A program made the position numbers and the translations under genes. The notes below the pieces were generated by a model, which worked only from the letters and a program-made list of their open reading frames with translations, made no database searches and was not told the origin of the DNA. DNA of 64,000 nt from Paludibacteraceae bacterium (GTDB lineage: Bacteria; Bacteroidota; Bacteroidia; Bacteroidales; Paludibacteraceae): assembly GCA_017471285.1 (NCBI GenBank), contig JAFUUZ010000026.1, positions 27-64,026 of the forward strand, given 5' to 3'. Positions 60,776-64,000 of the stretch are shown here, one piece after another; position 1 is the first letter of the stretch, and each line of letters opens with the position of its first letter.

Positions 60776-60848
60776 CGCGGGATAGAGCAGTTGGTAGCTC
60801 GTGTGGCCCATAACCACAAGGTCGTAAGTTCAAGTCTTACTCCCGCTA
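60776..60848 (+). tRNA. tRNA with CAT anticodon (Met family, initiator-like features)
   Basis: Hand-folded 73-nt cloverleaf: acceptor CGCGGGA/TCCCGCT, D arm GAGC-AGTTGGTA-GCTC, anticodon arm TGTGG-CCCATAA-CCACA, variable AGGTC, T arm GTAAG-TTCAAGT-CTTAC, discriminator A. No encoded CCA. Confidence 0.85.
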
Positions 60849-61220
60849 CTACTCAGCGCCTGGGTTGCCGCTTCCGACATCCTGGGCGCTACTCTTTTTC
60901 GGCCGGCCAAGCTTCGTGCCGTACTCGCTCGCGGGCTTGCGGTTGTACTTCTTCGTCGGCTTCTTCGGAGCTGGCGGCACGACCTTCTTCAACTCCTTCT
61001 CAATCCTCGCTTTCTCCTTCAATAGTCGCTCGGCCTCGGTCTGCTCCTTTGGCTTCGGCGGATTCAGCCAATCGGTCGTCAGCACGACGCGGCCCGTTCG
61101 GGATATGGCTTCGAGGTCAAGGCCCGTCACGACGAGTTCTTTCCCGCCTGGGCTAAGCAGTACCACTTCGTCCTCAGAGTGGAAGTCGCGCACCATTTCT
61201 ACAAGTTCTCTCTGTTTCAT
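60849..61220 (-). CDS. hypothetical protein (123 aa), Lys/Pro-rich C-terminus
   Basis: Track ORF. Its stop abuts the tRNA 3' end. Confidence 0.55.
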   Translation of the reverse strand: MKQRELVEMVRDFHSEDEVVLLSPGGKELVVTGLDLEAISRTGRVVLTTDWLNPPKPKEQTEAERLLKEKARIEKELKKVVPPAPKKPTKKYNRKPASEYGTKLGRPKKSSAQDVGSGNPGAE

Positions 61221-61573
61221 AGCGTTTCCTCCCTCAGAATGCGGATTTCGTGGTCGTCAACATCGTAGCCGCAGTTGTTCGGCGCGAAGAGCCAAATAAT
61301 CTCTTCGAGGGTGTCAAGCGGCAGAGGAATCTTCCCGTTGAGGAAGTTACAGATGTTCGGCTGCGGCTTTCCAAGCCGGCGGGCCAGGTCGTTCTGCGAT
61401 ATGCCCTCTTCCGCCATTCGCCGGCGGATGAAAGCGCGGATGTCGAAGCGCACAGAGACGCGGGGGCGGTCGCTTACAACGCCCTCTGTTATCATCCGTT
61501 CGAGTTCGTGCGCGTTCTCTCGCGGGGTGTCATTGAGAAGGTCGAACTTCTCTCGTACCGTCAAATATTCCAT
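61217..61573 (-). CDS. XRE-family HTH protein (118 aa)
   Basis: ISQNDLARRLGKPQPNICNFLNGK is a classic HTH_XRE. Confidence 0.7.
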   Translation of the reverse strand: MEYLTVREKFDLLNDTPRENAHELERMITEGVVSDRPRVSVRFDIRAFIRRRMAEEGISQNDLARRLGKPQPNICNFLNGKIPLPLDTLEEIIWLFAPNNCGYDVDDHEIRILREETL

Positions 61574-61594
61574 AATATTCGCAAAGTTAGCAAT

Positions 61595-62419
61595 TTACTG
61601 AAAGAAAGCGAGCGCCTTGTCAGAAATCTTGATTGCGCCGTTCGCTATGTATCGTTCGGTCATAGCCGTGGAAGAGTGGCCGGCCATTTGCTTGACCTCC
61701 AAAATCGGCACTTCCAGGGCGGATAGATTCGAGCAGAAGCTGATGCGTGCCGTGTGGCTCGAAACGCACTCCCATTTCTCCTTCACGGCATCAATGCCGC
61801 CGCGTCTGACCTTCACTCGTTCGGATATATCAGCCCGCTTACAGAGCCTCCGAATCGCCTTGTTGTAGCCAGCCTCCGATATGCGGACCTTACTCGTTCG
61901 GATTTCCTTGATGTAGGCGGGTATTCGTTCGCGGCAAGGGACGGTGGCGTGAATCTTGGTCTTGACGGAGACATAGTTGAGGTAGCCGTTCAAGATATTC
62001 TCCGGCTCAACCCTCAGAGTGTCGGAGATTCGCATTCCCGTGTAGGCGCTCACGATGAAGCAAGCAAGCACGAAGCGCTCTTTGTCGCTCTTGGTTTCGA
62101 CCCGTTCAAGTCGTTCGAGTTCCCCCATTGTCAGATATGCCTTCACGGGGTGGTCGTTCTTGGCTTTGAGGACATCGCGGAAGTTCTTGCAGGGAATATC
62201 AACTTCTTCCTCATAGCGGCCAAGAATGGACTTGAAAACCGCCAAATAGGTGTGAACTGAGGAAATAGCCACGGTGTCGTTCAGATAGTCGCGGAAGTCG
62301 CTCAGTTTGGTCCTTGTGCAGTCCGCCCACGAGAGGATGCCGGCGGCTTGCGTGTGTTTCAGCAGGGCGGCAGCTTGCGGCCCTGCGTGGTCCTGGATTG
62401 CAAGGATAAGTGTTTTCAT
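61595..62419 (-). CDS. short tyrosine recombinase (274 aa)
   Basis: ...SSHTARISFCSNL...MAGHSSTAMTERYI (HxxR, H, Y). Trimmed to ATG 62419, which overlaps the upstream stop (ATGA). Confidence 0.8.
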   Translation of the reverse strand: MKTLILAIQDHAGPQAAALLKHTQAAGILSWADCTRTKLSDFRDYLNDTVAISSVHTYLAVFKSILGRYEEEVDIPCKNFRDVLKAKNDHPVKAYLTMGELERLERVETKSDKERFVLACFIVSAYTGMRISDTLRVEPENILNGYLNYVSVKTKIHATVPCRERIPAYIKEIRTSKVRISEAGYNKAIRRLCKRADISERVKVRRGGIDAVKEKWECVSSHTARISFCSNLSALEVPILEVKQMAGHSSTAMTERYIANGAIKISDKALAFFQ

Positions 62420-62679
62420 TTCTCGAATGTGGTAAGGAGTTGACGGGAGGCTTCCATAATGTAGCCGTAGTATTCCATTTCGTCGCGCAGCGTGCAGCCA
62501 AAAGACTGCCGCCAAACACGACCATAGAGAAGCGCCTTGATGTCCTCAAAGCGGCTCTTGGCGTTCGCGTGGATGTTTTTGAGTGATTCGTGGAACTGTT
62601 CGGGTGTCTCGCCCCTCTGCTCAGATTTCCAAATAATCTGATTCCTTTGAAGGTCCACTTCTTCCTGGTAAGTTCTCAT
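62416..62679 (-). CDS. hypothetical protein (87 aa)
   Basis: Track ORF. Confidence 0.55.
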   Translation of the reverse strand: MRTYQEEVDLQRNQIIWKSEQRGETPEQFHESLKNIHANAKSRFEDIKALLYGRVWRQSFGCTLRDEMEYYGYIMEASRQLLTTFEK

Positions 62680-62731
62680 AATATTGGTGCGCCCTTATGT
62701 CGTTGCGCCTCGCTCTAAGAAATTGATTTGT

Positions 62732-62776
62732 GACCGGGCGGGGTATCGCTCCCCTGGCGCGTCGTTCGCCCCGGTC
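62732..62776 (-). repeat. nested GC-rich hairpin element, copy e
   Basis: Outer stem GACCGGG/CCCGGTC. Inner stem GGGG/CCCC with loop TATCGCT. Lies in the gap between 62416..62679 and 62785..63099. Confidence 0.65.
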
Positions 62777-62784
62777 GTTCGGTA

Positions 62785-63099
62785 TTACGCCTCCGATTCG
62801 GCGGGCTTCTCAGCAGCTTCGCCCTCGGCGGGCTTCGCGGTCTCTAAGAAGCGCTTTTCCGAATAGCGTGCCACTTTCTTCTCGCCATAGGCATCGTAGA
62901 TAGCGGCACTGCCGTTCGCATAGATGTGGGCTTTCTTGCCGGTCTCCGGGCAATAGGCGTGGATATATCCCGTTCCGTCGCCCTCGCGGTGGCCGTGGCC
63001 CTTCAAGTAGATTTCGTCAGCCTCTTTCAAGGCTTCCTTTGCCTCGGCAAGCGTGTCGAACTCCTTGCCAAAGATTCCGATTGTGTAGATTGCCTTCAT
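62785..63099 (-). CDS. hypothetical protein (104 aa)
   Basis: Track ORF. Confidence 0.6.
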   Translation of the reverse strand: MKAIYTIGIFGKEFDTLAEAKEALKEADEIYLKGHGHREGDGTGYIHAYCPETGKKAHIYANGSAAIYDAYGEKKVARYSEKRFLETAKPAEGEAAEKPAESEA

Positions 63100-63143
63100 A
63101 TCTTGGTCTCCTTTTCGGCAAAGGTAACAAAAATTTCAGAATG

Positions 63144-63401
63144 TTACACAATCAGATAGGTAAGCCCGTCTATCTCGGCCCGCTTCAAGTCCTGGTAATG
63201 GTCCTCGCCCATAAGAAGGCGATATTCTTCGGGAAATAGATGCTCAGCGTAAATGACGCTCGCATAGTCGTCGAATCGTTCTGCGGCCTTCATTGCGTTT
63301 TCAACGCTTTTGTGCCAAGAAATCAGCGCGTAGGGCTTCGGCATTTCCTTGTCTGTAATGTACAGTTCGTAGTAGCCGGCGTATAGGTAAATCTTTGTCA
63401 T
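63144..63401 (-). CDS. hypothetical protein (85 aa)
   Basis: Track ORF 63144..63452 trimmed to ATG 63401 (MTKIYLYAGYYELY...), preceded by TAATACCGAACGAGTT. Confidence 0.55.
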   Translation of the reverse strand: MTKIYLYAGYYELYITDKEMPKPYALISWHKSVENAMKAAERFDDYASVIYAEHLFPEEYRLLMGEDHYQDLKRAEIDGLTYLIV

Positions 63402-63414
63402 AACTCGTTCGGTA

Positions 63415-63651
63415 TTATCTAACATCAAAATAGAATCCGGCGACCTCTGCAACTGTGTCGCTCTCTAAGTCGTTCAATTCCTCGTAAATCCAACCGTCGG
63501 GGACTTGTTCGTGGGAATCAATCGCCACAATCTCGTTCGTGTCGGGGTTTACTGCGATTCGGTAGGTGTCGGGCGTGTCGTTGCCGTGGTGTTCGTTCAA
63601 CGCTTCGAGGATTCGGGCCTCAAATGCCCGTTGGTCTTGAATGCTATCCAT
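63415..63651 (-). CDS. hypothetical acidic protein (78 aa)
   Basis: Track ORF. Confidence 0.55.
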   Translation of the reverse strand: MDSIQDQRAFEARILEALNEHHGNDTPDTYRIAVNPDTNEIVAIDSHEQVPDGWIYEELNDLESDTVAEVAGFYFDVR

Positions 63652-63663
63652 AGTCGTTCGGGG

Positions 63664-63834
63664 TTAGTCGTCGTTCTCGTTCGCGTATGAATCGGACTTG
63701 TTGACATCCAGCTCAGCGCCGCACTCGTCGCAGATGTAGCAGATGTCAACACCGTAGTAGGTGTTCGGAATCGGAGAATCCAGGCGGGCCAATGTCTTGT
63801 TGCCGCACTTGGGGCAAATAGTGTAGAATGCCAT
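63664..63834 (-). CDS. zinc-ribbon micro-ORF (56 aa)
   Basis: Hand-read MAFYTICPKCGNKTLARLDSPIPNTYYGVDICYICDECGAELDVNKSDSYANENDD (CxxC...CxxC). Below the track cut-off. Confidence 0.5.
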   Translation of the reverse strand: MAFYTICPKCGNKTLARLDSPIPNTYYGVDICYICDECGAELDVNKSDSYANENDD

Positions 63835-63881
63835 AATGTTCGTGCGCTTGTTACTCCCACTTGCGCGTGTGGTCTGATTAG

Positions 63882-63927
63882 CACCCCGCGCGGGCCTCGC
63901 TCCCGCAAATGTCGCTCGTTCGGGGTG
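63882..63927 (-). repeat. nested GC-rich hairpin element, copy f
   Basis: Outer stem CACCCCG/CGGGGTG. Inner stem GCGGG/CCCGC with loop CCTCGCT. Confidence 0.65.
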
Positions 63928-63935
63928 GTCGTTTG

Positions 63936-64000
63936 CTACGCCTCGTCCTCAATGCACCATTTTGGGTCAATCTGTCGTTTGACTTCCTCAATGCTGACAT
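63936..64000 (-). CDS. 3' end of a gene whose start lies beyond the window
   Basis: Open frame ...VSIEEVKRQIDPKWCIEDEA then TAG at 63938..63936. Confidence 0.35.
   Translation of the reverse strand, partial: VSIEEVKRQIDPKWCIEDEA

Larger units (their letters stand above)
1..64000. mobile_element. Temperate siphovirus-like phage / prophage (Bacteroidota-type host); boundaries not visible in the window
   Basis: Uninterrupted phage modules: packaging, head, tail, lysis, replication/recombination and lysogeny. TAnnTTTG boxes sit upstream of operon starts. No rRNA, CRISPR array or housekeeping genes seen. Confidence 0.85.

Noticed and set aside
60388-60819. Full 143-aa version of the ORF upstream of the tRNA
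   Set aside because: Its first 31 codons run antisense through the tRNA gene and its promoter box. The internal ATG at 60726 gives a clean non-overlapping gene.
58719-60848. Interpreting integrase plus tRNA as a prophage end (att site at the tRNA)
   Set aside because: The tRNA is flanked on both sides by phage-like small ORFs of the same block, with the same hairpin and CGTTCG signatures further on. No duplicated tRNA 3' segment was found near the other modules, and no host genes are visible.

Overview
The whole 64-kb window reads as one temperate, siphovirus-like phage or prophage of a Bacteroidota-type host. Evidence for the host type: TAnnTTTG promoter boxes in front of operons, mostly Shine-Dalgarno-less starts, an Hc1-type histone-like gene and a Bacteroides-style integrase. 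No host flank or att boundary is visible. Layout: 1-4.8 kb is a leftward block of small accessory/early ORFs. 4.9-10.3 kb is a rightward replication/nucleotide block (P4/D5-like primase-helicase, dUTPase, ThyX-like). 10.6-14.6 kb is leftward packaging (MuF-like, portal, TerL). 14.7-33.2 kb holds rightward head and tail genes (scaffold, decoration, major capsid, tail tube, chaperones, 1558-aa tape measure, 2428-aa fibre). 33.5-37.1 kb is a complete diversity-generating retroelement (DGR: target/VR1, avd, TR, RT). 37.5-39.9 kb is lysis. 39.9-56.5 kb is a leftward replication/recombination/modification block (second DGR target with VR2, RuvC-like resolvase, sliding clamp, gp4-like primase-helicase, SSB, exonuclease, ERF, HU, PAPS-reductase-like, Hc1-like, frameshifted methyltransferase). 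56.5-60 kb is a lysogeny block (two HTH regulators, lipoprotein, integrase). 60-64 kb is leftward small ORFs with an embedded tRNA-CAT and a second, short tyrosine recombinase. Main points of interest: (1) The DGR has two variable regions that differ from one template only at template adenines. The second target lies about 5.5 kb away on the opposite strand, outside the tail module. (2) Eight copies of a nested GC-rich hairpin with a conserved 7-nt loop and compensatory stem changes sit in the intergenic gaps of the small-ORF blocks at both window ends. (3) CGTTCG shows strong strand-specific enrichment in those same blocks, including a GTCGTTCGG tandem array. (4) Homopolymer tracts split a DNA methyltransferase (G8) and a signal-peptide ORF coupled to DGR target 2 (G10). 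(5) An 18-bp perfect inverted repeat brackets a 175-bp segment that could be an inverton or an origin. (6) Phased TTGGAAAT repeats occur at regulatory junctions. (7) There is a tRNA-like element with perfect acceptor and T arms but no canonical anticodon arm. All function calls come from motifs read by eye and from synteny. No database search was possible.
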